A stretch of 64,000 nt of DNA from positions 142,104,001 through 142,168,000 of the forward strand of contig OX597815.1 of assembly GCA_951406725.2 (NCBI GenBank), read 5' to 3'. A model generated the notes under the pieces. It saw only the letters and a program-made list of their open reading frames with translations, made no database searches and had not been told where the DNA came from. The DNA comes from Octopus vulgaris. Lineage: Eukaryota. The position numbers and the translations under genes were made by a program. This document shows positions 14,123 through 26,159 of the stretch, piece after piece (the first letter of the stretch is position 1; each line of letters begins with the position of its first letter).

Positions 14123-14649
14123 ACGGGCAACCGACGGAGACGGGTTAAGTCACGTGAGCAAGTCGGATGCAATGAACCGCACGCTGCCGCGTCGCCTCCC
14201 TTGCGAGAGAGTGGCTCGCAGCGATCCCGGGACTGCCCTATAAGCCGACCGCTACCGCCGGTCAGCGACGAGCATCGGCAACCTGCTTCACCCGTCTTGA
14301 AACACGGACTGAGGAGTCCCAGTCGACTGCGAGTCGATGGAGCCTTTCACTTCGCGAACTCCGACGGCAAGCAAAAGCGAGAACGTGACGCGTCATCGCT
14401 CGCGTGGCCGGCGTCGGTGCTTCCGGGGGCCTTCGTCGAGACTCACGCGGTGCCTCGGAGCTTCGTTCTCTGGTCGGGTCCGTGCGTTCGTGACTGCGTT
14501 TTCGCACATCTTCGCGTTCCCGCTCCGACTCAGGTGTAGCAGGCGGCCGGTAATCCGAAAGATGGTGATCCACGCCTGGTCGGGAACTCTGGTGGAAGTC
14601 CGAAGCGCCTCTGACGTGGAAATCGATCGTCGGAACCAGATGTAGGGGC
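14123..14649 (+). pseudogene. 28S rRNA pseudogene fragment (end of D2 through D3 and following core)
   Basis: Conserved 28S cores ACCCGTCTTGAAACACGGAC (14290), CCGAAAGATGGTGA, CTGACGTGGAAATCGATCGTC and TAGGGGC. Confidence 0.88.
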
Positions 14650-14661
14650 TATTAGTAATAG

Positions 14662-14692
<31 letters not shown>

Positions 14693-14694
14693 TA

Positions 14695-14832
14695 GACGTG
14701 CTTCTTTTATTTTCGGTCTAGCAAATCGAATCCGAAGTCTTTGGTCGGCCCGACGACATAGCGGAAGACACCTTACCAAGTTACCACGCTGTAGGACTGA
14801 ACCCGTTACCATGTGTTTGAGAAGCAAAGTTC
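14695..14832 (-). mobile_element. SINE family 1, 5' half, degraded
   Basis: Similar to 25945-26105 (TTTGGTCGGCCCGA...GAAGACAC...GGACTGAACCC). Confidence 0.7.
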
Positions 14833-15599
14833 TCCCAAAGTTACCACCCAGGCTTTCACCAGTAATAAATATAGAACGTTCAACTTCTTAGAGTATGCTT
14901 AATTGTTTTTATGGTTTTCTAAAACAAACGATAAGTGTGTGTGTTTGTGTGTAAGTATGTGTGTGTCAGTCTGTGTGCCAGTGTGTGTGCCAGTGTGTGC
15001 CAGCGTGCCTGTAATGTTTCGCCTATTATTCTAATCTTAGATTATCTTTAAATTCTACGTTTGATAATGAAACACTTTCAATAATTCAGTAAAACATATT
15101 TTGTCATGTACACAACTATTATGAACCAATTTGAAGGAATGTTCGCTCTGGAAAATCGTCTGCAAGGGCGAAAGGAGAAAGAATTGTGTAACTAAATATA
15201 TGAAACGCTAAAACTGTTAGGTTAATTGAAATTCCATTTGTTATACAATTTAGTGCTGAGACGAATAAGGCATTAACATTAGAATATTTGAAAATAATTT
15301 CCTCTTGGGTTAAACGTGCATGAACTAAATATATTGCATAATGTAGAATATTGAATATATTACTGAATATAATATCTCACAGTGTTAGTATTTCAATAAG
15401 CATTTAAGACAGTGAGGCGGCTGAATATTTTGTACATTCAACATTTCGGGATCGATAAAATAACTACCATTTGAGCACTTGGAGCCGCGTAATCGACTTA
15501 CTCCCTCCCTCGAAATTGTTTTCTTTAGACTAAAATTTGAAACATATAAACATTATATATAGTAAGTCGCATAATATATATATATATATATATATATAT

Positions 15600-15830
15600 A
15601 ACGTGACGTATATTTGCCACCTAAATGTGGCTAACACTTAAGCGTTGAAGCTACTGTAGCTTTGTAGCCCCAGGAAGGGATATTATCCAGCTGGCTATTG
15701 ACACATTATCTGTGTCCTATCGTTATTTGCAATGTAAAGTCATCGTTCCCATCTCCAGCTTGGCGTGATACACACGGACCGACCCGAGTTTCTGGTGGCA
15801 AATATACTTCATAATATCGTGCAGCTTCTG
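15600..15830 (-). mobile_element. Repeat family A (pLTR-like tail with hammerhead remnant)
   Basis: Minus strand AGGACACAGATAATGTGTCAA...CCTGGGGCT...GTCACGTT-(TA)n matches 21160-21305 and 41805-41943. A GAAACTCGGGTC remnant sits at the homologous hammerhead position. Confidence 0.6.
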
Positions 15831-15849
15831 TTTATACCTAGCTCAGAGA

Positions 15850-17520
15850 TTTATTATTGTGTTATTCAAATGTTTATACTTCCGACAGATGTTTCGAAGA
15901 AAACACTGGTATTATTTATACATATTATGAGTCACTCAGCAAGTCGCTTTCTTCAAGAAATGCGATTCGTTTCCACTCAGACTATTCGTTCCATGACTTT
16001 GCTGATGTCAGGGACATATGCCTATAATTTTTGGCATCTGCTCTGCTTCCTCTTTTATGGATTGGGCATATTATTTCTTCCTTCAGTTTGCTTGGTAGCT
16101 TGTCATTTGCAAAATGTTCTGGAAGTTATTTTGTAGTGGTTTCACCAGGACATGTTTGCACGATTTGAGGAGGATTGCTGAGAAACCACCAGGGCCACTA
16201 GTTCAGATTGCCTCCACTTCATCTATGGCTAGTAGCATATAATCTTCGCTAATGCCGATGTAATCCATCGTAACTGCCTCGCTGGATATAGGCGAGGCAG
16301 CAAAGAACACTTGTTCGTTCACTTTTCTGTGTTTCGAGAGGGTGATAAAGAGACTTTTGAACTGGCCTTTCATTACTTCACTGATCTTCGTTGGATTATC
16401 CGTGTGGGAGCGTAGTGAGTCGTTTCTTTGGCATACTGAAAGAATGGCTTTGAGTTTGATTTGGTGTTTCTCCACACCAGACATTGAGATGAAAACAGAA
16501 TATTTCATGTCTGTTGTTGATGTTCTTATGTAACCAAAGTTTCTTTGTCTGCTCTCTCCTTCACATTGAATGGCTCTAGGCTTTTTTTCAATCTCCATCA
16601 GTATAGTGTCAGGCGGCACCTGTCACTACTTTTGGGATGTTGGTTGAAGTAATTTGCCACCTTCGTCCGTCGTCTCTGGAGGATCCTCCTGTTCCTTAGA
16701 ATCTTGTTCCTTTTTGTGTTGGCCCTGTGCTCTGCGACATTTCTGGTAATATGCTTTATACAACAGTGCTTTACACGACCAGTGCTGTCTGAGGTTCTCT
16801 TTTTGGATTGATTTCTAGTATGCTTTGTGGAAGTTCAGATTGAAGAGATTTTGGATGTTTCCTTTCGGTTGTATGTCTCTGGCTACTTTTGGTCCATACA
16901 TAGACAGGTTTATTATGCTGTGATTCGAAACTAATGTCGGCGTCGCTTTCACATTATGAACGCCCTCCGAATTGTTTGTGATGCGGAGATCACAAAAAGT
17001 TATTCACCCTGGTTGGTCAAAGCACAATTGCTGTATGAATAGGGCATTGATGAGTTTGAGCAGGTACTATACCTGTACTTGTTTACAATGAGTCATTTAT
17101 GAGAACATGAGGCCCAGGGGCCATTTGACACTGAGAGAGTTCAAATCACACAAAAGAAACACACTCACGTGAAGTTCCAGTTTCATGAATTCTTTTATTC
17201 TTATGAGGAAATATTCAAACTTGAGCGTGTGCTTTGGAGGATCCGGTGGGCGATGTGTATTGCACATGAGAATATTCTGTTGATTTATGTATACAACTAC
17301 AATGTCATCTACTGAATTTGAGTATGACAGTAGAAGGTGAAGTGTGAGATCTTCAAGGATGTATACAGCAACTACACCATGGCTCGTTTCTCTTCTATCT
17401 GTTTTCAGTATGGTATATTATGATACGAGTACTTCTGCAACCTCTCTATCAGACCTTAGATGAGTTTTCACGACTGCTATGCATAGGGCTTGATTGTATA
17501 CAGTAAGGTCTCTGAGGGAA
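15850..17520 (-). mobile_element. Degenerate CR1/L2-group LINE ORF2 (APE endonuclease to pre-RT region)
   Basis: Minus-strand motifs HGVVAVYI, HRPPD and LLCDLN (EEP domain), then ISEVMKGQFKSLF and SGPGGFSAILLK (pre-RT PGPDG motif). Confidence 0.75.
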
Positions 17521-17930
17521 AATATTTTGATTGTGTTGTTGTGATGCGACAGGTAAAAATATTGGTGTGACGTCTGTGCTAGCGTTAGGGGAGGCCATCC
17601 CGAGTTTGTAGACAGTCGCGGTCTTGCACAGCGGTAGGTAAGGTTCCATGTTTGCGCTTGATATAGCCACTATGTATGCTATATATACGTACACATATAC
17701 ACACTCACACACGCACACAGTCACTGACGCACACAGTCACTGACGCACACACACACACACGGACACAGTCACTGACGCACACACACATATAAAGAAAAAA
17801 CAGACATTATTTATGCAACTTCCATGAGTTTGAAAACTTTCTCATCTTTTACCCCCGTTCAATTAAATAGCAATCAGTCTTTTTGTAAGCACTTTTATAT
17901 TAAATTTGCGAAAATAATATCTAAATCATG

Positions 17931-18232
17931 AAGGCGCATTGCTCAGTGGTTTGAGCGTCGAGCTTACGATCGTGAGGTTGTGAGTTCGATTCCGGGACGG
18001 GGCTGTGTGTTATGTTCTTGAGCGAGACACTTTATTTCACGTTGCTCCAGTTAACTCAGCTGTAGAAATGAGTTGCGACATCACTGATGCCGGATAACAT
18101 CAGGTTTGTGGAGAAGAGAAGCTGGTATGCATGGGTGACTTCCTTTCATAAACTACCTTGCCCGGATTTATACCTCAGAGGGTAACATACTAGATGCAAT
18201 CTCATGGTCATTCATGACCGAAGGGGGTTTCC
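17931..18232 (+). mobile_element. tRNA-derived SINE (family 3; V/Meta-like central domain)
   Basis: A box TTGCTCAGTGG, B box GAGTTCGATTCC, then TTCTTGAGCGAGACACTTTA...ACTCAGCTGTAGAAATGAG. Confidence 0.75.
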
Positions 18233-21098
18233 CAAATATCTAAATCCTTTCATTTTGTGTTTTTTAACAGTTGCTGTAATGTTTTGGTTTGAAGGAATTT
18301 GTGAAGAATTAAGATATTCTTGCGTGCAACCCTCTGTATATATTCTGAAATTATTTGCTGAATTTCCTTCTATTCCATCCTTGAATATTTTCCATGAACG
18401 TTGTTATTTTTCGTCTTTAAGAGAAAAGATATATAATCAATAGTTAAATCCTATGTCCTTGAAGTAGATGATGCTGGCAAGGCATGAATAGCTGGATTAT
18501 AGGTACAGCTCTCCCTTGATTGCAAAAGGAAGCGGTTCCCCTTTAGAAAATGTCGATTTATTTTGCAAGATTAACTTTTAATCTGTTGTGAAAACATTTT
18601 CTTTCATCTGTGCATTACACAAATTTTATGAAAGGTTAGGTGTAGATATTTAGCATCTCTCTGTACACTCAAAATGTTATCTAAAAATCTTAAGAGTTGT
18701 CTATATTGCATCATAGCATCCGTCAATCTATTAAATCTAAGTCACAAAAAATATATCATTTTATTTAAATCGACATTTATATAACTCTAGTTCATCAATG
18801 TGTTTATGGATATTGGATTGATATTTATTATCTCCATGACAGTTGAATTGCGTATACATTTACTGAATGTGTACGCACTTCGTATGTATTGAAACTTCTC
18901 TTTATTCTACTCATGAAAACGTTATAGGAAATGCATTCTGTTTCTTCCAACAAGGAATTTTTTTCCGTTGAGCCCCATATTATTCTTTAACAATTTATTT
19001 AAAGCACTAGTAATTTGTTACTGGAACTGGTGGAGATGAATGCATTTTTCTTACTCAGATAACTAAATTATCCGATATACTGAAGCTCTTAGCAATAAAG
19101 GTTTTAAAACAATATGTCTTTGTAGAGTTTACATGGGAGCACACGGCCTGTCATGCGCGTACACTATCGCAAATGATCGTCGTCCCTTTTCTTGAAAATG
19201 TTATACGCAATTTTACATTGAGGCACAGAAAATCATCATCGCCCAAAATATAGTTGATGCGCAGAAAATTTTTTAAAATTATTTGTTAACTGACTAAATA
19301 GTTTTTGAGTAGTATTCTACTATAATACTGATTAGACAAAAACTAACGAAACACTTTCAGAGTCACTTTGATCTTCAGTAAGCTCACAATTCCTTTGAAA
19401 AATTATGTGAATTACCGAAGACAGATACATTCATATACTGACTAATGATTAATTTCAAATTAATTAGGATATTAGATATTTTTCGTGCCAGTCTTTCATA
19501 CTTTACTTATTTACTTTACTTATTCAGCGAGTATATGACATTGCATGAAATGAGTTCGTTTTTGTCAGCTTATCTGACTTTGTTCTTCGATTTTTTTTTT
19601 AAATGTTAGAATGTATTTAGATCTCTAATCCTTTCCCAAAAAATGTTTGAAAATTATTATATTGTTATAAATAGAATTAGACTACAAATGTGGACCAATA
19701 TGAGAAAAAGTTCTCCCTCGTCTGCTAACATAAAATTACAGATCCTCTTTGTTTTGTTTGTTTATATTTGTTAACATACACTTTGAATTTAAGAGAATAG
19801 AATAATTTTAAATGCTTGAAATTATCTCCGCGTTCATTTTGAAATCTTTTACATTTTAAGTTAATCTTATGTTTTCTTTCCTGAATGAAGATAAACATTT
19901 TAATGTTTTAAATGTATTTAGGTTCGGCTTTCTCTACATCAGTCCTTTATTTGTCGAAATTCATGCCATTAACCCTCTATAGCAATTTACATCTAGTTAT
20001 TTCCTTCTGTATTTTTGGAAATAAAGGCCTAATCTTAATCAGTGTTTCTTTGATAACACATGCCCGGAATCAACAACCTCAGATACAGTCACTCAAATGT
20101 TATTAAAAGTTCAGCAGTTGCTCAGCTTTTTATTTTGTCTTCACATCACTGTTCTCATTTAAATTTCCTGTAAAGCCATATTTATCTCTTATTAAGAGAT
20201 ATCTCTAATTGAGTGGTAGTCGCTTTGGTGGTAGTTTCATTGCACTAGCCAGGTGATTTGGAATCATATCGTGAGCATATTCCTGCAACCATCCCGCTGC
20301 ACATTTACTTTTACCTTCAAACACCGACAGAGGAAGGTTCCATGCAAATAATAGTAGCATACAACTGCACAGTCAATTTACTGGGTTTCGCTAGAAATAC
20401 AAATACAGAAACTTCAAATTTTTGTTTCGAGTTATTGCTCAATTTTTGCTCATTGAATGGAAAAAATATTGTTTTGTTTCATATGAAAACAAAGTATCTT
20501 ACACAATTTGCCACGAAGAAACTTAGATTCAGGAATACGCCAACACAATGGTATGTGTGTAAATACGTTTACACAATTATATTTACCCAAAGACATTATG
20601 TTTACAAAAGATATGTACATAAAAACAAATACACAAAGACGATCTACAAAAAAGTATTTGAATAAATTCATTAACAAAAGACTTTTACCTAAATACATTT
20701 ATGCAATAATATTTACAGAGACGAATGCAAATATATTTACTCTTAAACATTTATACATACTCGTCTACATTCTGTTTTCAGAATTGGATAAGAATGAATA
20801 TTTAGACAAAGCAGTTTACACAAATATACTTAGACAAAGATGCTTATAAAAGGTATTTACACAAAGACAATTACCTAGACGGTTATGCAGTCATATCTAT
20901 ACAAACTCGATTCCAACACTTATTAACCTCATAATAACATTAGAAAACACACCGTCTCTAGTTTAAGCAAATGATCATCAAAATATTTCGATCAACATGT
21001 CAATGTCCTTACGTTCTGAAGTTATTTGGTGTATTATATAGTGTTTACTGTCACTTTTGCCGAAGCTACTTTTGTACATATCGGAAACACGCGAGGCA

Positions 21099-21154
21099 GG
21101 CTACTCAGAACTGACGACGAGCAATAGACTCAGAAACATATGTCTTCGGGTGCC
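21099..21154 (+). ncRNA. Type I hammerhead ribozyme (family A)
   Basis: Stem I GGCTACTCAGAA/TTCGGGTGCC (bulged), core CTGACGA, stem II GAG..CTC, GAAA, palindromic stem III CATATG, GTC cleavage triplet ending at 21144. Confidence 0.8.
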
Positions 21155-21305
21155 TTGTCCCAGCTTGCGGGGGTGATTGCCTCCCCTTTGCAAATATAAG
21201 GACACAGAAAATGTGTCAAAGCCGACAGGAGACGTCGATGTTTCCTAGGGCTGAATGGCGGTGGTGTAATTCCTTTACGGGACTGTCACGTTGAGTTGAC
21301 AGTAT
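21155..21305 (+). mobile_element. Repeat family A 3' tail downstream of the hammerhead
   Basis: Homologous to 41805-41943 and to the reverse complement of 15600-15770. Confidence 0.65.
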
Positions 21306-21368
21306 ACGAGCACTATATATATATATATATATATACTTTATTTTAAGCAGCAGAAAATTCAACAAAAT

Positions 21369-21406
21369 CTGTTACTCTGAGTTTCTCGTTGCCGTTCATC
21401 AGACAG
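21369..21406 (-). ncRNA. Minimal type I hammerhead (family B), left arm of the palindrome
   Basis: Reverse complement of 23484-23521. Confidence 0.8.
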
Positions 21407-23483
21407 TTTTTGCTAGAATGGAACATATATATTAATTCAATCTATACTCTTACAAACGCTACACCTTTAAAAAGAAATGGACTTGTTTGATTGGCCCTTT
21501 AGAAAAAACGGTCAATCTTCGAGCGATAAACAAAAAGGTCAAAAATATATGTATATATATATAAAAACTTATAAAAATTATAAAATCCGAGGAAAATACC
21601 GAGGAAAAAACCTGTTGCCGTTAATGAAGACAGTACAAATTAATGCATAGAAATTAAACCTGTTATAAATACTGCAATACATATTTATATTAAAATCCAC
21701 ATATATATCAACATACACAAAAGGATGCGCGTAAACGCCATACATACACATACAGACGTATGAATATGAATCTAAATTATACACATAAAAGCATGTGTAC
21801 ATATATTCACGCAAACCGTCTCGCACGCAAGCTAAAATTCATCTATGTAGCAATTCTCATATACTGAGCAAGGAGGGGGAACGAAAGAAAGGAAAGAGAG
21901 AAAAAGAACGGAGGAGGGTGGGGGAAAAAACTTGTAGCTATGTTATTTGGCATCTATAGAGGCCTGTATACATACACAAGTTTGAATTGATACATATACA
22001 TACCGTCGTGTATATGTGTGCTTAAGCACAAGCATACTTTCACTCACACATACATAGATACGCATGCTTACAAATACATATGCTTTGCTATACACAAACT
22101 TATATAAACATTCTAAATTTGACAACATTGCTTTTTTTTATAAAAAAACATTGCTTTTAAAAAATGGGTGCATTAATAAAAATATATACGAAAGACCTAT
22201 AAAATAAAATATAACATCCTATTTTGGGTCATTTATAAATAATCAAGGTAATATAAATAATCAAGGTAATCTTATGCAATACAATAACATGAAAACAAAG
22301 TTTGTAGGTTTTCCTAATATATATGTAGAAACAATAAGACTTTTGCTATAGGTCCGTTGTAGCTCTCAAGAGTCAAAATCAAAATCAAAAAATCAAAATA
22401 CAAAATATATACTCTATCCATATGGTATATTTATATTCGACATATAATGTCGAATATAAATATACCATATGGATAGAGTATATATTTTGTATTTTGATTT
22501 TTTGATTTTGATTTTGACTCTTGAGAGCTACAACGGACCTATAGCAAAGTCTTATTGTTTCTACATATATATTAGGAAAACCTACAAACTTTGTTTTCAT
22601 GTTATTGTATTGCATAAGATTACCTTGATTATTTATATTACCTTGATTATTTATAAATGACCCAAAATAGGATGTTATATTTTATTTTATAGGTCTTTCG
22701 TATATATTTTTATTAATGCACCCATTTTTAAAAGCAATGTTTTTTTATAAAAAAAAGCAATGTTGTCAAATTTAGAATGTTTATATAAGTTTGTGTATAG
22801 CAAAGCATATGTATTTGTAAGCATGCGTATCTGTGTATGTGTGAGTGAAAGTATGCTTGTGCTTAAGCACACATATACACGACGGTATGTATATGTATCA
22901 ATTCAAACTTGTGTATGTATACAGGCCTCTATAGATGCCAAATAACATAGCTACAAGTTTTTTCCCCCCACCCCTCCTCCGTTCTTTTTTCTCTCTTTCC
23001 TTTCTTTCGTTCCCCCTCCTTGCTCAGTATATGAGAATTGCTACATAGATGAATTTTAGCTTGCGTGCGAGACGGTTTGCGTGAATATATGTACACATGC
23101 TTTTATGTGTATAATTTAGATTCATATTCATACGTCTGTATGTGTATGTATGGCGTTTACGCGCATCCTTTTGTGTATGTTGATATATATGTGGATTTTA
23201 ATATAAATATGTATTGCAGTATTTATAACAGGTTTAATTTCTATGCATTAATTTGTACTGTCTTCATTAACGGCAACAGGTTTTTTCCTCGGTATTTTCC
23301 TCGGATTTTATAATTTTTATAAGTTTTTATATATATATACATATATTTTTGACCTTTTTGTTTATCGCTCGAAGATTGACCGTTTTTTCTAAAGGGCCAA
23401 TCAAACAAGTCCATTTCTTTTTAAAGGTGTAGCGTTTGTAAGAGTATAGATTGAATTAATATATATGTTCCATTCTAGCAAAA

Positions 23484-23521
23484 CTGTCTGATGAACGGCA
23501 ACGAGAAACTCAGAGTAACAG
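23484..23521 (+). ncRNA. Minimal type I hammerhead (family B), right arm of the palindrome
   Basis: CTGT-CTGATGA-A-CG(GCAA)CG-A-GAAA-CTC(A)GAG-TA-ACAG; predicted cleavage after A23517. Confidence 0.82.
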
Positions 23522-23658
23522 ATTTTGTTGAATTTTCTGCTGCTTAAAATAAAGCATATTACTCTACCACTGGTATTTGAGTACTCTTTTTTCCACCTTG
23601 TTTCACATTTATGTGTTTACTCCGTATATATATATATATATATATTATTAGTATCACT

Positions 23659-24170
23659 GAGTGAGAGAGCAGCGCATTCCATCAAATGACACTGGGGTAC
23701 AAATATACGAAGCCCAATATACCCCTCTTGACTACACATCTGATGAAGTACAATAAAAGCATGTACCACAAACATATGTGCATTACATGGTGATCTAATA
23801 TGAAAATAAACATTGCATGAGCTCTGCACATATGACCCATTTTTAACTTTCTTGATGTCAAGTAACGCATCCGCTCAAAACTTCCCTGAATAAAGTTTGT
23901 TTAAGCATCATGAATGAATCACCCATGTTTCCAGATTTGAACCTTTGAAATACCAAATAATTCTAAATGATGCTCCTACACTACTCACGCTGGTGATCAG
24001 AGATTCGCATATCTTCCGCGGGTTAAGGTCAAACAGCTGACAAGCTAATCTGAGGTACTAAGCAGAATATTTGCTGTAGACCATCCTTTGCACCAAGGCA
24101 AAACAAGTACATGATAACACTTTCAATAAGTTGAGAAGCCATGAGAGCCACTGCCTAGTACAGCATGAGG
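23659..24170. mobile_element. Diverged copy of the 7143-7700 repeat
   Basis: Shared GAGTGAG..AGCAG, GACACTGGGGTA, GGTTAAGGTCAAACA and GAAGCCATGAGAGCCACTGCC. Confidence 0.8.
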
Positions 24171-24182
24171 ATGTTCTTCTTA

Positions 24183-24331
<149 letters not shown>

Positions 24332-25100
24332 GCCTTTGCAGAGCTTCTGACGCTGCAGATGTATTACCGTGTCAGCTGTTCACTACCAGCGAACTAAGTT
24401 AACACCTCTAATTTTTCGAGCACCGTCCGGAGTATTCAAGCGGTTCCAAGCAGTCCTGTTTTCTGCAACTACCCCACCTTCATTGCAGCCCCTATTTATT
24501 CCACGTACCTCTCGAGATTTTTGCTCCCTGTTCCCAGAGCAACGACAATTATTGGTACTGCTGCTAGCTTTTTCATCGAAAACAACTGCTTAACTTCACA
24601 AGCTAACCTGTCATATCATTCAACTTTCTTTCTTCATTATCACATACCTTGTTGTCAGCTGGACATGCTATATCTATGATCTAGCACCGTTTGTTTTCTT
24701 TCTCAATTAAGACTATGTCCAGATTCCTATTTTCTATCTCGTGGTCGCACTGAATCATAAAATCCCATAGGATCTGTGCATTTCCATTTTTCCACAATGC
24801 CTTCCGGTTTGTGGTAGTACCAATTTTTGCTCTGTCAAGTCCATATGTATTGCAAAGTGTCCAATGGACAAGCCTGACTATATTATCGTGGCGGCTCTTA
24901 TATATAACAACGCTAGTGGCGTACATTGACTGGTAATATGCCATACGGTTTCACCGTTTTGCCCACAGATTCTGCACTTGTCACTTTCTGAGGTGCTGTC
25001 TGTTCTATAGTTTATGTAGTTTGTTCTTAGTGCTTGTTATTGGGAAACACATTAGAACTTTCGTTTCCGATTTTAAATCTTTGCTTTACTTGCCACAAGG
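24332..25100 (-). mobile_element. 5'-truncated R4/Dong-like RLE retrotransposon remnant
   Basis: Minus strand gives CRICGQNGETVWHI, SRHDNIVRLVHWTLC, ILWDFMIQCDHEIENRNLDIVLI and IIDIACPAD; ends in (TAA)n. Confidence 0.85.
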
Positions 25101-25564
25101 CGCTGTTTTGCTTCATGGTCTACGGGTATGGGCGTATAAAGACGTGATTTACTCTTTGTATACACCCTTATATCTTTTTTGTATATTGTTACCCTTAGCA
25201 CTGTTTTTTCTTGTGCTTGTGCGTATATAGACGTGTGTATGAACCGTTATGGTGCGCGTGTGTATGTGGGAGTTTGCATGTATATACATATACATTTGGC
25301 GAATGGTGTGGGTGAGGGTGTGTACGTTTTCAAGTGAGGATGGATGAATGTATAATTTTAGGCGCACGCACGTGGGTGTGCGGCCGCGCATGAGTAGGTA
25401 TGAACATGCTCGCTTACGCGAATACTATCAACATTTCCCCCACCTTATTTTTACTCCCTCCCCTCAATTAGCTGTCATTCATATAGCGCTTTTGTCTTAA
25501 TAACGGTCAATCACACAGTAATTTCCCTTTGTATAATGGTCATTTTTTATAGCATTTTCTCGAT

Positions 25565-25636
25565 GGCCGGATAACTGAAGAGATGGCGGCATGGATTTTT
25601 ACCTAGGCATCCGAAACTTGGAGATTTATCATGGCT
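25565..25636 (+). ncRNA. Degenerate type I hammerhead in pLTR-like sequence (~25110-25660)
   Basis: Stem I GGCCGGATAA/TTATCATGGCT, CTGAAGA, stem II GATG..CATC, GAAA, stem III CT..AG; U16.1 appears mutated. Confidence 0.55.
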
Positions 25637-25704
25637 ACCGAATAATTATCACATATTACATATATATATATCTTTATATATATATATATATATATCTTTA
25701 CTCT

Positions 25705-26103
25705 CCTTTACTCTTTTACTTGTTTCAGTCATTTGACTGCGGCGATGCTGGAGCACCGCCTTTAATCGAGCAACTCGACCCCGGGTCTTATTCTTTTGTA
25801 AGCCCAGTAGTATTCTATCGGTCTCTTTGCCGAACCGCTAAATAACGGGGACATAAACACACCAGCATCGGTTGTCAAGCGAGGTTGGGAGGGGACAAAC
25901 ACAGACACACACATACACATACATATATACATATACATATATACGACGGGCTTCTTTCAGTTTCCGTCTACCAAATCCGCTTACAAGGCTTTGGTCGGCC
26001 CGAGGCTATAGCAGAAGACACTTGCCCAAGGTGCCACGCAGTGGGACCGAATCCGGAACCATGTGGTTGGTAAACAAGCTACTTACCATACAGCCACTAC
26101 TGC

Positions 26104-26105
<2 letters not shown>
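25705..26105 (-). mobile_element. Full-length tRNA-derived SINE family 1 (octopus OK/OR-like)
   Basis: Minus-strand tRNA head GTGGCTGTATGGTAAG...GGTTCCGGATTC, then CTTGGGCAAGTGTCTT core, an internal (TA/TG)n and a ...GAAACAAGTAAAAGAGTA tail. Nearly identical to 47540-47945. Confidence 0.85.
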
Positions 26106-26151
<46 letters not shown>

Positions 26152-26159
26152 ATATTCCA

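Larger units (their letters stand above)
21336..23554. repeat. ~2.2-kb near-perfect palindrome (arms 21336-22443 and 22447-23554, loop ATA): inverted PLE pseudo-LTRs
   Basis: Centre reads TCGACAT-ATA-ATGTCGA. Mirror ORFs appear in the track (21578-21826- / 23065-23313+). Only a few homopolymer indels and about one substitution were seen. Confidence 0.97.

Noticed and set aside
13569-14649. Functional rRNA genes or contamination
   Set aside because: Large deletions, mutated invariant bases and contiguity with host SINEs indicate a pseudogene.
12960-14827. Long Arg/Ala-rich ORFs in the GC island
   Set aside because: Stop-poor by-product of GC-rich rDNA-derived sequence.
17931-18005. Bona fide tRNA gene
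   Set aside because: It continues into a SINE body with a second copy in the window, so it is treated as a SINE head.
19340-19385. Minus-strand CTGAAGA...GAAA
   Set aside because: Poor stems; not counted as a hammerhead.
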